Translations under genes and position numbers: made by a program
Origin: a virus
Virus record (IMG/VR): IMGVR_UViG_3300007640_000027
DNA: 64,000 bases
Strand: one strand, 5' to 3'
Shown: positions 37,444-47,513 of the stretch, piece by piece
Position numbering within the stretch: the stretch's first letter is position 1
Layout of the letters: every line of letters begins with the position of its first letter
The notes under the pieces: model-generated
Seen by the model: the letters and a program-made list of their open reading frames with translations, nothing else
What the model was told of the DNA's origin: nothing
The model's database searches: none

Positions 37444-39390
37444 ATGCCATTAGATCTATCAAAATCATATGATGAAGCAAAAAGTAAGACGAATGCGATC
37501 AAATCTGCAAATGAAAGTATTTCAGAAAAAGGAAGAGATTTTTTAAACAATTCTGGTAATAACTTTGAAAAAACAAAATCAGAAGCCCTAAAACAACTTA
37601 ATTCTCTTGGAGATGTTCGTCAAAAAGCACAACAACAAATTAAAGGTCAGTTTGAGGAATTAATTGATTTATTGAGAATTATTGTACCTGAAAGACCGAA
37701 TATTAATTTAAAACCAAATATTAATATAAATACGATCGCACCTGAAAGACCGAATATTAATTCAAATACGATTGATTTTATATTAGAACAACTTTTACAA
37801 GCATCTCAAAATACAAAATCAAGAATTGGTGAGATATTCACTGAAGAAACAATTAAAGCCGCTGGTTGTTCTCAAGAGGAAACATATAATCCAAATGTGC
37901 CAGTTTATATAAAGTTAAAACAAATTGACTTTAAAAAAACTTTAAAAAATTCTTTCAATCAGGGACCTTGGGATTTAGAGTATGAATCCCAATCTACAGG
38001 TAGTGGTCAATTTCCATTTTCACTTAATAGAGAATTATATAATTTAACTCAAAACCAAAGTACTTTTACATTACAAGGAATATCTAATAACAATTTATTT
38101 GATATTAAATATACCAATCAAAGACCATTACCGGGTGGTGGTTTTGAATTTGATGATTTTTACGAAATAATACCAAAAGCCAGACAATCAGGTAATAACA
38201 TTTCTGATTTGATAAGTGATTATTTTAAATCAATAGAGATAGTAGATTTTGATAATATCATAAATAATTTAATGAACAGCATATTAAATTCATTTGATAT
38301 TAGCGCAAAAATAAGTGTGGATCAAAAACAAGATCAGGATAAGTTTGGATTATTATTAAGTAGAATATTAGGTTTATGTTTTGATGATAACCAAGAAATT
38401 GATGTTGCCGGAACAGCCAAATTAGGTCAATTAGATAATTTAGATCAATCATTTTTTCAATTTTCACCAATAGATTTAAGAATTATTGAAAATGAAATTA
38501 GTGATTTTCAATTAGGTGTAACCGAATTTACCGATTGTGATAATATAAAACTACCGGTAAATACGGAACAAGTTCTTAATGATATTAGAGAAATAAGACA
38601 ATTACCTGATGGTCAAAAAGTGGAAGCTTTTATTGAGATGATCAATAAAACTTCAAATAATAATGATTGGAAAAACTTAATCTCACCTTCATTAAATATT
38701 AATTTGTCAATGAAATTTGACTTATTAAGAGACTTACCTAGAACTGTATTTCTTTCATTATTAACACCAAAAGCCGTTTTGGGAATTATGGTTGCGTTAA
38801 GATTGGTAGGTAACACGAATATTGATAGTGTTGAAGATTTTGAAACTTTTGTAACAAACTTAAGAAAATTTACGGTAAATGCCGTAACTAGATTGGGTGC
38901 AATTTTTGTTGAAGAACTTTTTATATTATTAAAAGAAAATATAAGAGAACTTGTTCAGATTTTATTATTGGAAATTGCAAAAGAAACAACAAACAAACAA
39001 ATTACAATTATTACAAGAATTTTATATGTACTTTTACAATTAACCAATGCAATAATTGATTATAGGAAATGTGAAAGTGTAATAGATGAAATACTAAAAT
39101 TATTGAATTTAGTTTCAATTGGTGGAATTCAAATACCATCATTTGCATTATTAAGTGCGGGATTATTACCTGGTTTTTCAAGAATAAGGGCATTTGCAAA
39201 CGCAATTGAAGAAATGCAAAAAAAAGGATTACCAACAGGTGCATTACCTGATGGATCACCGAATCAAGTTTTACAATTTTTAAAATCGTCAATTGATGGT
39301 ATGGATCAAGAAGAAACTGAAAATGGTAAAGTGAGTGTTGCTATGATTACACCTGCAGGTCCTGTATCACTTAACGGAAAAAAACTTTAA
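37444..39390 (+). CDS. Large hypothetical protein, putative virion/baseplate component
   Basis: 648-aa ORF directly upstream of the spike gene. Confidence 0.5.
   Translation: MPLDLSKSYDEAKSKTNAIKSANESISEKGRDFLNNSGNNFEKTKSEALKQLNSLGDVRQKAQQQIKGQFEELIDLLRIIVPERPNINLKPNININTIAPERPNINSNTIDFILEQLLQASQNTKSRIGEIFTEETIKAAGCSQEETYNPNVPVYIKLKQIDFKKTLKNSFNQGPWDLEYESQSTGSGQFPFSLNRELYNLTQNQSTFTLQGISNNNLFDIKYTNQRPLPGGGFEFDDFYEIIPKARQSGNNISDLISDYFKSIEIVDFDNIINNLMNSILNSFDISAKISVDQKQDQDKFGLLLSRILGLCFDDNQEIDVAGTAKLGQLDNLDQSFFQFSPIDLRIIENEISDFQLGVTEFTDCDNIKLPVNTEQVLNDIREIRQLPDGQKVEAFIEMINKTSNNNDWKNLISPSLNINLSMKFDLLRDLPRTVFLSLLTPKAVLGIMVALRLVGNTNIDSVEDFETFVTNLRKFTVNAVTRLGAIFVEELFILLKENIRELVQILLLEIAKETTNKQITIITRILYVLLQLTNAIIDYRKCESVIDEILKLLNLVSIGGIQIPSFALLSAGLLPGFSRIRAFANAIEEMQKKGLPTGALPDGSPNQVLQFLKSSIDGMDQEETENGKVSVAMITPAGPVSLNGKKL
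37686..37762 (+). repeat. 23-bp direct repeat with a 54-nt period inside the CDS
   Basis: ACCTGAAAGACCGAATATTAATT at 37686 and 37740 (PERPNIN twice). Confidence 0.85.
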
Positions 39391-39392
39391 TT

Positions 39393-39590
39393 ATGGAAAA
39401 GGATATTATGGATATAATTGATGATTACAAAAACTCACCCAACAAAGATTTGGTAAGAGTTTTAGGGTATCTCCGTGATGATTTTGAAAAAACAAAAAAA
39501 TTAATTATTGATTTGACACATCATTTAGATTCAACGGAAAAAATTTACCATAAGGTATTAAAAGAATATGAACAAAGAATTCCAAAATGA
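39393..39590 (+). CDS. Hypothetical protein
   Basis: ORF in operon. Confidence 0.55.
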   Translation: MEKDIMDIIDDYKNSPNKDLVRVLGYLRDDFEKTKKLIIDLTHHLDSTEKIYHKVLKEYEQRIPK

Positions 39591-41128
39591 GTCTTTTTAA
39601 TAGAAATAATAGAATTATATTTCCTGCGGTCGTATTGGATAATAACGACCCCCTAAGGTTAGGTAGAATTCGTGCACACGTTACTACACAGAACCGAACG
39701 GAACTTGAATCCATACCTCATGTTCCATGGGGTGAGAATGATCCTTTTTTGGTTCTTCCTTTATTGCCTTATTTTTTAAATGTAACGCCACAAGACGAGA
39801 ATTATGTTCACGTTCTTTTTACGGATCCTGATTATGATAAGAACAAAGATAAGTTTTACATTTCGGGAATTTATTCGTCACCGACCACGGTTCCTGATGA
39901 GGGTTATGACTCAGCACAGACACATTTAGAAAGCGGGTCTCAGAGACTTAGTTACAGAGACATTATTGTAAATGGTGGTGAAGAAGAAAGGTATAAAGGT
40001 GTGTATGCGAACCCTGATGATATTGCCATTTATGGTAAGGGTACTGCTGATGTAATCATAAAGGGGAATGAGTTATTGTTAAGGGCGGGGAAGAATGTTA
40101 ATCACGGTGCTCGTGAAATTCCGAACAGGTATGATCAAAGATCATTTATTCAATTAACCAAATATGATAGTCAGACTCTTTATTTGGATCCGTCAAAATA
40201 TTTTGAATTTCAAAAACAAACCACAAGGGTTAGGATATTGGTGGAATATAATTTGGACAACCCTGAGAATTCACAAAATTCATTTACGGGTTCAATTTTA
40301 ATTTATTCTTTAAAGCCGGATGAACAGGTATCAACAGATAATTTAAATGTGTCATCTGATGTTTCATCTTTAAAATTCTTAAGAAACAGGATTAATATTA
40401 ACCAAACGGTATCTTTGGATGATTATTGTAACATAATCAATTTGGTGTTAACTCGGATTAAACAAGGTGATTTAAGTTCGTTGGAGGTTAACACGAGATA
40501 TCCTGGTTTAACTGTTTCGGGTGAAAGGACATTTAGAGAAGATGAGAAGTTTCCGTTTTATTATAGACCATCAAGTTTATTAAGAAAGATTATATATGAA
40601 AGAAATCTTTCTTCATCATCATTTTCTGCTCAAGAAATTGAAAATATGGAAACTTTGCAGTCGTTGGTTAAAAATCCAGTTGATTCAAGTAACGAGTTTT
40701 ATGGTTTGGTTTATGATCAGAAAAACAAAAATGTTCCGTTTGAAGTTTTGGAAACGACTGTACTTCCAAAAGAAGTTGTTTCATCCAACAAAACGGTTAA
40801 TATTCAAGGATCTGATCAAATTTATTTGTTATCACATCTTTCTCAGATACCAGGAAAAACGAAGGTGGATTTATCAAATACTTTATATGGGGTAAGTGAA
40901 AGTCTGTTGGCTGATCAGATTGAGCCGAATACCTCATCTGTGGTGAGGGGTGAAGAGTTATTGGAACTTTTGCAATTGATTGTTGAATTTTTAATTTCAC
41001 ACGTTCATCCATTTCCTGGTGTACCCCCTGTACCCGTATCATCAACGGGAAGATCGGTTGATGAATTATTAAAAGAATTATATGATGCCTCAGATAAAAT
41101 ACTTAACAAAAATATTCGGATTAACTAA
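39587..41128 (+). CDS. Baseplate central spike (gp5/GpV-like OB fold)
   Basis: V.DNNDPLRLGRIR N-terminus; C-terminal HVHP metal-binding apex motif. Confidence 0.75.
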   Translation: MSLFNRNNRIIFPAVVLDNNDPLRLGRIRAHVTTQNRTELESIPHVPWGENDPFLVLPLLPYFLNVTPQDENYVHVLFTDPDYDKNKDKFYISGIYSSPTTVPDEGYDSAQTHLESGSQRLSYRDIIVNGGEEERYKGVYANPDDIAIYGKGTADVIIKGNELLLRAGKNVNHGAREIPNRYDQRSFIQLTKYDSQTLYLDPSKYFEFQKQTTRVRILVEYNLDNPENSQNSFTGSILIYSLKPDEQVSTDNLNVSSDVSSLKFLRNRININQTVSLDDYCNIINLVLTRIKQGDLSSLEVNTRYPGLTVSGERTFREDEKFPFYYRPSSLLRKIIYERNLSSSSFSAQEIENMETLQSLVKNPVDSSNEFYGLVYDQKNKNVPFEVLETTVLPKEVVSSNKTVNIQGSDQIYLLSHLSQIPGKTKVDLSNTLYGVSESLLADQIEPNTSSVVRGEELLELLQLIVEFLISHVHPFPGVPPVPVSSTGRSVDELLKELYDASDKILNKNIRIN

Positions 41129-41149
41129 GTATTTATATAAAAAAAAGGC

Positions 41150-42661
41150 ATGTCAATATATAAATCTTATTTCAATAGAAATAACACAATTGTTTATAAT
41201 TCTGATGTAAATACGGGAAGAAATCCTGTTGCTGAATTATTTTTTGGTAGCGTGGATAATTTAATCTCCCCAAAAGGATATTCTCGTTTTATTTTTGATA
41301 TTGATCTTGATGAGTTAAGAAATCGCATTTCAAACAATACCATTTCAACGGGATGTAGCAAAAACATCACACATACATTAAGAATGACCAATTCATCATC
41401 TTTTGATCAAGAATTGTTAAATAAACAATGGAGCAACGGAAGAAGACGTGCCACTTCATTTGATTTAATCTTATTTAGAATACCAAAGGTATCAGGAACA
41501 ACTGGTCAAGGTCAAATATGGGATGAAGGTGTGGGTTATGATTATTATGATGCAAATACCACCAACTCATTTGATTCCATGTTCTATAGACAATCACCCC
41601 CAAATGATAAGTCTTATTCAACTCGTCCTTCCAATTGGTTTAATTCTCAAACCATATCAGGATGGACCACACCAGGAATATATGATAATACAAACTCTTT
41701 AACGGGATCCAGTGCGGTCTTTAATTATTCAGCATTAACCATCGTGGATGTTCAACATTTTGAATTCGGAAATGAAGATATTGAATTTGATATGACCGAT
41801 GAAATTAATAACATCTTAACGGGGGCAACCACTGGAACCACAGGATGGGGTATCGCCTTTAGACCTGAAATAGAAAATATAACAGGTCTTACTGAAAATA
41901 GTTCGGTCGGGTTTTTCACAAGACATACTCAAACGTTTTATGAACCCTATTTGGAAACTAATTATGATGACTTAATTCAAGATGATAGAAATATCTTCTA
42001 TGAAACAAAACAAAATAAATTATATCTGTACTCATACGCTCAAGGTCAACCCCAAAGTTTGGATGCAAACCCAACGGTGGACCTGGTAGATATCAACGGA
42101 GACCAAATAAATGGTTTTACGGGACTTTCTACCTGTCAGGTGACTAAGGGGGTCTATGAGGTGACGATAAGCGGTCTAACAGCAACTACGGTACCTTGTA
42201 TGGTCTATGATACGTGGAAAGGTCTATCAATTAACGGAACATCCATATCTGATGTGGAAAATGAATTCGTTTTAAGACCCCTTTCTGATTTTTATCAAAT
42301 AGGATCAACCAACCAAGAACCATCATTATATGGGTTTGATTTTTATGGTCTAAAACAAGATGAAAAAATACTCGGTGGTGATATTCGCAAAGTGGGGGTT
42401 ATTGTTAAAAAAGCATATACCACAAGGGAAGTACTCAATAAAGTTGACGCATATTACCGTATTTATGTAAGAGAAGGCACAACAGAAGTTCAAGTACAAG
42501 ACTGGACTGAAATTAATAGAACACCAGACGGTCACTATTTCATATTAGATACTTCAGATAAAATACCTAATGAATATTTTGTTGACCTAAAAGTTAACAC
42601 TGATAGAGAAGTTAATACTTATAAAAGACAGATAAAGTTCCAAATAGTAGATAGAAAATGA
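41150..42661 (+). CDS. Putative virion structural protein
   Basis: T/G/S-rich, WDEG.G motif; late promoter; follows the spike gene. Confidence 0.55.
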   Translation: MSIYKSYFNRNNTIVYNSDVNTGRNPVAELFFGSVDNLISPKGYSRFIFDIDLDELRNRISNNTISTGCSKNITHTLRMTNSSSFDQELLNKQWSNGRRRATSFDLILFRIPKVSGTTGQGQIWDEGVGYDYYDANTTNSFDSMFYRQSPPNDKSYSTRPSNWFNSQTISGWTTPGIYDNTNSLTGSSAVFNYSALTIVDVQHFEFGNEDIEFDMTDEINNILTGATTGTTGWGIAFRPEIENITGLTENSSVGFFTRHTQTFYEPYLETNYDDLIQDDRNIFYETKQNKLYLYSYAQGQPQSLDANPTVDLVDINGDQINGFTGLSTCQVTKGVYEVTISGLTATTVPCMVYDTWKGLSINGTSISDVENEFVLRPLSDFYQIGSTNQEPSLYGFDFYGLKQDEKILGGDIRKVGVIVKKAYTTREVLNKVDAYYRIYVREGTTEVQVQDWTEINRTPDGHYFILDTSDKIPNEYFVDLKVNTDREVNTYKRQIKFQIVDRK

Positions 42662-42909
42662 TACAGTTAATAATTACAGAGAGTCAATACAAAACAATAG
42701 TTAAAACATTAATTGACGAGAAGAAAAAATCTAAGAAGAAGGACACAACCCTTTGTAAAAGAGGTATTACCGCAGCAAAAGCTAAATATGAAGTATACCC
42801 CTCAGCTTACGCTAATGGGTACGCAGTTCAAGTTTGCAAAGGAAAGATGCCCGACGTACACGGAAACAAAAGATGTTCGGGAAAATTTTGTCCAAAGAAA
42901 AAAAAGTAA
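42658..42909 (+). CDS. Small basic protein with a YPSAYANG module
   Basis: Leader IITESQY..LIDE followed by C..G..AAK.KY..YPSAYANG.AVQ.CKG. Confidence 0.6.
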   Translation: MIQLIITESQYKTIVKTLIDEKKKSKKKDTTLCKRGITAAKAKYEVYPSAYANGYAVQVCKGKMPDVHGNKRCSGKFCPKKKK

Positions 42910-42917
42910 TATATTTG
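42910..42917 (+). promoter_or_regulatory. Bacteroidota-type -7 promoter box
   Basis: TATATTTG (TAnnTTTG) 33 nt upstream of 42951. Confidence 0.4.
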
Positions 42918-42950
42918 TAAAAAAATTACAAATCCTATAATTCGTTTGTT

Positions 42951-43145
42951 ATGTCATTAAATCGTTATGTCCTCTATAAGGGGGATAGAGTTTTTATGGA
43001 AACTGAGTCCGCATCGGTTGATAGTGCAATTGATTACTTTTATGTGATCCAACCTGATTTCATGGTAAATAAAGATTTTCGTGTGAAAATGGTGCCAACA
43101 CCAACACCCGTAAATAAATACAAATCACCCGAACAGGGAGATTAA
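42951..43145 (+). CDS. Hypothetical protein
   Basis: ORF. Confidence 0.45.
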   Translation: MSLNRYVLYKGDRVFMETESASVDSAIDYFYVIQPDFMVNKDFRVKMVPTPTPVNKYKSPEQGD

Positions 43146-43670
43146 CCATAAATAACCACTGTTACCTCCGTGCATCATATGTTCAAGGTCCGATTTTTTT
43201 CGGACCTTATTTTCTTGTATAATGTTGGTACGTTTTGAATCAAAATACTTTTTCATCTCTTTTAATTCAAGTATTGTTGCAGATTTGCTTTCAATAATAT
43301 CACGTATGTATTTGTTTTTATCTTCTTTTAATAAATAATAACCCATTTTCATGTTTGATAAAACATTGTTAGGTATGGTAATTTTTTTATTTTCAAAGAC
43401 CTTATCTGATGATTCATCAATAATGATAACCAAATCGTCTTGTCCTTTAATTACCCTGTGATAAGTTTCTTTTGGTATAAAATAAGTTTTTCCTCTTTCC
43501 AAAACAACAGGTAACTCATCATCCATTTGTAATTTCCAATTATTAGATTCTTTAACAAAAACTTTTCTGTCATATTGATCTTTATGCCATTTCAACTCAT
43601 CGGTATCCACGGATTCTTTAAAAATCCTTTCAAATATGTTTAAACTGATATTTTTTTGTTGATAAATCAT
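43125..43670 (-). CDS. Cupin-like domain fused to a second phage module
   Basis: WHKD..DR...IP...YHRVIKG cupin-like motif; C-terminal MKKYFDS...GG.SG..W. Confidence 0.55.
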   Translation of the reverse strand: MIYQQKNISLNIFERIFKESVDTDELKWHKDQYDRKVFVKESNNWKLQMDDELPVVLERGKTYFIPKETYHRVIKGQDDLVIIIDESSDKVFENKKITIPNNVLSNMKMGYYLLKEDKNKYIRDIIESKSATILELKEMKKYFDSKRTNIIQENKVRKKSDLEHMMHGGNSGYLWLISLFG

Positions 43671-43687
43671 AACTTATGGGTTGATTA

Positions 43688-44929
43688 TTACCAGTATCTT
43701 CCTGATACATTTTTACCAAAATCTTTATGTGCACGACACGCCCAATAACCGGCCTTTGTTTTATCTTTCTTTTTGTGACACTGATGTCTTGCGGCAAATG
43801 ATTTGCGAGCCGCAGGATCATTCCACTTGGCAGTCATAACAGGTGATCCATAAGTTACCTTTTTGATGTTACCTGTTTTTGGATCACGAACATAAACATA
43901 CCACTTTTTAGGTCCACCCGTCTTAGGTTTATTCAATTTAACATCTTTACCTTTATATTCTGCTTCCGATAAACCAAATATTTTTTTAGCGATAGGATTT
44001 AAATCGGAAGGCTTAATAAGTTTAGCAGGTATGGTTTCTGATTTAGATATTAATGCTTTTTGTGCTCTATGGTTTCCATCTAATATCCATAGAATTTTAC
44101 CATTCTCATCTACCATAATTAAAATAGGATATTGAGATGAGACTTCCACTTGAGAAATTCGTTCAATCTCCTCAGGATTATTATCCCAATTTAAGACAAT
44201 ATTAGCCAATTTTTCAGTTGGAAAGTTAATAATTTTAATGTCTTTGGTAAGTTCTAAAATATCTTGAAGAGTTATTTTACCCTCATCTGTTGCCCAATAC
44301 GTGTCTTCCCCTTGCTCATTAACCAAAGGAAAATCCAAAGGTAATCTCTCACCTTTATAGATAAAGAACTTACCTCTTTCTGATTCCAATATTTCAATAT
44401 CCTCTTCAGACCATTCACCAATCCCTTGTTTATATAATTTACGTGCTTCGTTAATTACATCAAAATATTTAGGACTACCGTGTCTAAAAATAGTTTCACT
44501 TATGGATATTTTATTATCCAAATGATATTGTAACTCCTCAGAAATAATCGGTTTTTTGTTTTGGCTTTCAACAATCATATTAACCAATTTATCAATCGCC
44601 TCGTTTTTCTTTTTGTTTTTGTAATTCTTAATTTTAATACGTGTAGGTTTTTGACCCTTTCCTGATTGAGGATCTTCCTTTTCTTTTTTACGTTTTCTAC
44701 GACATGCAGAATCTTTTTCAGCTTGAGTCATTTTACCCGCAACACCAGCAGCACGACAAACAGGATATGCGCCCTTATCCGCATCCTTACGACCACAAGG
44801 AGGATGTCCTCCACCCTTTTTCTTTTTGCAAATGTTTACCCACGGACCTTTGGGTTGTGAAGAACCCTTCTTTTTCTTCTTTTTTCCAAACCACACCGCC
44901 AAATCTTCTGATAAAATATACTCATTCAT
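43688..44929 (-). CDS. Modular protein: basic Cys module, helical module, ParB/Srx-like domain, basic C-terminal module
   Basis: WVNI...PCGRK...YPVC; LDGNHR (ParB-like); RKSFAARHQC...AGYWAC; ATG at 44929 preferred over the TTG at 44992. Confidence 0.6.
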   Translation of the reverse strand: MNEYILSEDLAVWFGKKKKKKGSSQPKGPWVNICKKKKGGGHPPCGRKDADKGAYPVCRAAGVAGKMTQAEKDSACRRKRKKEKEDPQSGKGQKPTRIKIKNYKNKKKNEAIDKLVNMIVESQNKKPIISEELQYHLDNKISISETIFRHGSPKYFDVINEARKLYKQGIGEWSEEDIEILESERGKFFIYKGERLPLDFPLVNEQGEDTYWATDEGKITLQDILELTKDIKIINFPTEKLANIVLNWDNNPEEIERISQVEVSSQYPILIMVDENGKILWILDGNHRAQKALISKSETIPAKLIKPSDLNPIAKKIFGLSEAEYKGKDVKLNKPKTGGPKKWYVYVRDPKTGNIKKVTYGSPVMTAKWNDPAARKSFAARHQCHKKKDKTKAGYWACRAHKDFGKNVSGRYW

Positions 44930-45016
44930 ACTTGATAATTTAAATATAATTCTTATATATTGTATAAATATGTAGAAAAATAAACTTTTCAATTAACAAC
45001 AAAAAAAATTTAAATT

Positions 45017-45403
45017 ATGGCACGTCCTAAAAAATCAGAGACAACTGCAAAATCAACAACAACAAAAAAAACAACTTCAAAAGCAACTGAAGAAACTGTG
45101 GATAAAACAGAAGAACAAGTAAAAGAAGTTATGGAAGGATCAACAGAAGAAAAACCCAAACCCGTAGGTACTCTTTATAACATCATTAATTATAACAGCA
45201 CCGCAGATTTGGATAACTTCATCAGAAACCTTACCGCTGATCAAGCACTATACGTGGTAGTTCAAGCAAGTAGAGCGGCACATACTCGTAACGCATACGG
45301 TATTGAAGAATCAGAACTATTATCAAAAGCAATCCGAGTTCTTACAACTCCACCAAAACAAGAAGAAACTCAGGTTCCTGAACCTGAAGTTCACAAAGCA
45401 TAA
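45017..45403 (+). CDS. Hypothetical protein with a K/T/E-rich N-terminus
   Basis: ORF followed by a terminator. Confidence 0.6.
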   Translation: MARPKKSETTAKSTTTKKTTSKATEETVDKTEEQVKEVMEGSTEEKPKPVGTLYNIINYNSTADLDNFIRNLTADQALYVVVQASRAAHTRNAYGIEESELLSKAIRVLTTPPKQEETQVPEPEVHKA

Positions 45404-45421
45404 TATGTATATTAATTTTAT

Positions 45422-45450
45422 AAAGGGGGTCGTTGATCCCCTTTTTTTTT
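45422..45450 (+). terminator. Intrinsic terminator
   Basis: AAAGGGGGTC-GTT-GATCCCCTTT plus a T-run. Confidence 0.75.
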
Positions 45451-45464
45451 AACATTATAAAGGT

Positions 45465-45656
45465 ATGACACAATCAGAAATTGGATCACGTATAATTGAG
45501 ATAGAATCTAAAATAACTAGTGAGGTTAGAAATGGACACAAACCACATATTTATGATAAGTTCAGAGAAGAAAGAGGGGAATTGGTTGAATTAAGGTGTA
45601 AATATTTTGGTGAAGAATCAGAAATATGTAAAAGATATAGAATTACTTCTAAATAA
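45465..45656 (+). CDS. Hypothetical protein
   Basis: ORF. Confidence 0.45.
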   Translation: MTQSEIGSRIIEIESKITSEVRNGHKPHIYDKFREERGELVELRCKYFGEESEICKRYRITSK

Positions 45657-45690
45657 AAAAAGGGAACCGTTTGGTTCCCTTTTCTTTTAT
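45655..45690. terminator. Bidirectional terminator after the major capsid gene
   Basis: AAAAGGGAACC-GTTT-GGTTCCCTTTT flanked by A and T runs. Confidence 0.8.
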
Positions 45691-45703
45691 AACTGAAAAT
45701 TAA

Positions 45704-47485
45704 TTATCTTAATTCTCTTAAGTCAAATGTACGTACACCATCTACAACAATTCTACCATAGAAACGGTTGTTAACCATTTTCTTAGCGTATCTTGTCATA
45801 ATACCTTTGATAGGTGTAAAGTTGAATGGGTTGTACATTGTTGGTGTCAATTGTAATGGTACATATGGTGCGTAAACGTATCCTGTATCCAATAAAGAAG
45901 AACCTTTATGTCCTAACAATACTGTGTTAGGTGGGAAGTAAGGATCACGATATACTTGATATCTACCTGATAAAGTACCAACTCTTTCAATACCCATGTT
46001 GTACTGATCTTGATCTGGTGCTGCGTTTGATACGTGGAAGTATTCCAAGTCATCAAAGATCGCTGAAATTTCAGAAGAAACTACGATCCAGTTAGCACCA
46101 CCTCTAAGTGTTGATTTATGGATTTGAGCCGAGATTTGGTTGATCGCAGTGATCAATGTTTGGTTCCAGTCTTTTTGGTTATAGTTAACTGAACCGTTAG
46201 ATACTCTCTTCCATCCGTTGTAATCCCAACGTAATGTCCAAGCTGCACCTTTTCTCAAGTCTCTTAAGATTTCACGGTCAATTTCCGCTGCCACTTGTTC
46301 TGATAATAAAGCTGTTAATTCAGCTTCAGCATCAATGTTATGGAATGCAGAAACGTCTTGTGCCAATTCTGGTGACCATTGTGCTCTTAATTTTCTTTCT
46401 GTTACTGATACAGTAACTGACTCAAGATCAAATGATACTTCACCAATTCTGTCTTCAAATTCTAATTCTTCATATCTTCTCCAATGTGCTGTAAATGTTG
46501 CACCTGAACCGATAGTTGAACCTGTGTATCCGTCTAATGAAGTTGAACCGATAGCTGCAGGAGTTGAAGTATCTACTGACAAGTAGATGATACCGTCAGC
46601 GTCACAAATGTTATCGTAATAACCACCTGGACCTGAACCTGGGAATGCAGCTTGTGATTGTGTTCCATACTCTACAATACCTTTACCGTATTTTTGAGTT
46701 ACTACGTTAAAGTTCCAATATTGAGCAGGAGTATCTGAATCTACTTCTAATGAAGCTAAGAAATCTTCAGTATCCATTTCTTGACCTTCAGGTCCGATTA
46801 ATTTACCAGCACCAGCATTAGAGAAACCTGTTAATTGGAAAATTAATTCCTTAACATTTGCACTCGCAACTGAACCAGTACCTCCTGTAGCGAGAGATAA
46901 TGCCTCAGCTAATGTAGTTACAACTAAATCACTACCTGACCATTTAACTGGTATGATATTTGATGTTAATGCAGTGTAAGCACCTTTTGAATAGTCAAAT
47001 AATCCAGCAGGATCAGAGTTTGGTGCTGAACCTTCGTAGAAACGGTCATACAAGTTTTTACCTGAACCGTATCCTTGTCTTGGATCGTTTTCACCAGCAT
47101 TTACTGCCTCAGGAGAACCGATTGGAGCGTAGTGCTCACCGTTGTTACGGTTCTGAATTTTAGGTACAAAGTAGAACAATTTACCGATTGGTAAGTTCAT
47201 CGCTTGTACAGATACGATATCATTAGCTAATAATTTAGAGAAAACTCTTCTAATGATAGGGAAAACAACTGTTTCAAATGAACCTGAGTTATCGGAAGCA
47301 GATGCTTCGTTGATTAGGTGAGAAGCTTGGTTTTCATATAATTGTGCCATGTTCTCTTTTACGTGTCCTTTAAGACCTTCTAGGAATCCTAATTTATCCC
47401 ATTTGTTAATTGTGTCTTCTTTGATAACTTTTAAATGTTTTAATCCAATGTTACCAACAAGACCTGATTCTAATAATGCTCCCAT
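45704..47485 (-). CDS. Major capsid protein (T4 gp23-like)
   Basis: VSVQAMNLP.G, RKLRAQWSPELAQD...H.IDAEAEL, EIDREI, YAPYVPL, GIMTRYA. Confidence 0.97.
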   Translation of the reverse strand: MGALLESGLVGNIGLKHLKVIKEDTINKWDKLGFLEGLKGHVKENMAQLYENQASHLINEASASDNSGSFETVVFPIIRRVFSKLLANDIVSVQAMNLPIGKLFYFVPKIQNRNNGEHYAPIGSPEAVNAGENDPRQGYGSGKNLYDRFYEGSAPNSDPAGLFDYSKGAYTALTSNIIPVKWSGSDLVVTTLAEALSLATGGTGSVASANVKELIFQLTGFSNAGAGKLIGPEGQEMDTEDFLASLEVDSDTPAQYWNFNVVTQKYGKGIVEYGTQSQAAFPGSGPGGYYDNICDADGIIYLSVDTSTPAAIGSTSLDGYTGSTIGSGATFTAHWRRYEELEFEDRIGEVSFDLESVTVSVTERKLRAQWSPELAQDVSAFHNIDAEAELTALLSEQVAAEIDREILRDLRKGAAWTLRWDYNGWKRVSNGSVNYNQKDWNQTLITAINQISAQIHKSTLRGGANWIVVSSEISAIFDDLEYFHVSNAAPDQDQYNMGIERVGTLSGRYQVYRDPYFPPNTVLLGHKGSSLLDTGYVYAPYVPLQLTPTMYNPFNFTPIKGIMTRYAKKMVNNRFYGRIVVDGVRTFDLRELR

Positions 47486-47513
47486 TTTAGTATTATTTAT
47501 TAAAGTTTAATTT

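Noticed and set aside
39600-41000. Apparent G/T-skewed codon usage in the spike gene
   Set aside because: Visual impression only; cannot be supported without computing skew and codon usage
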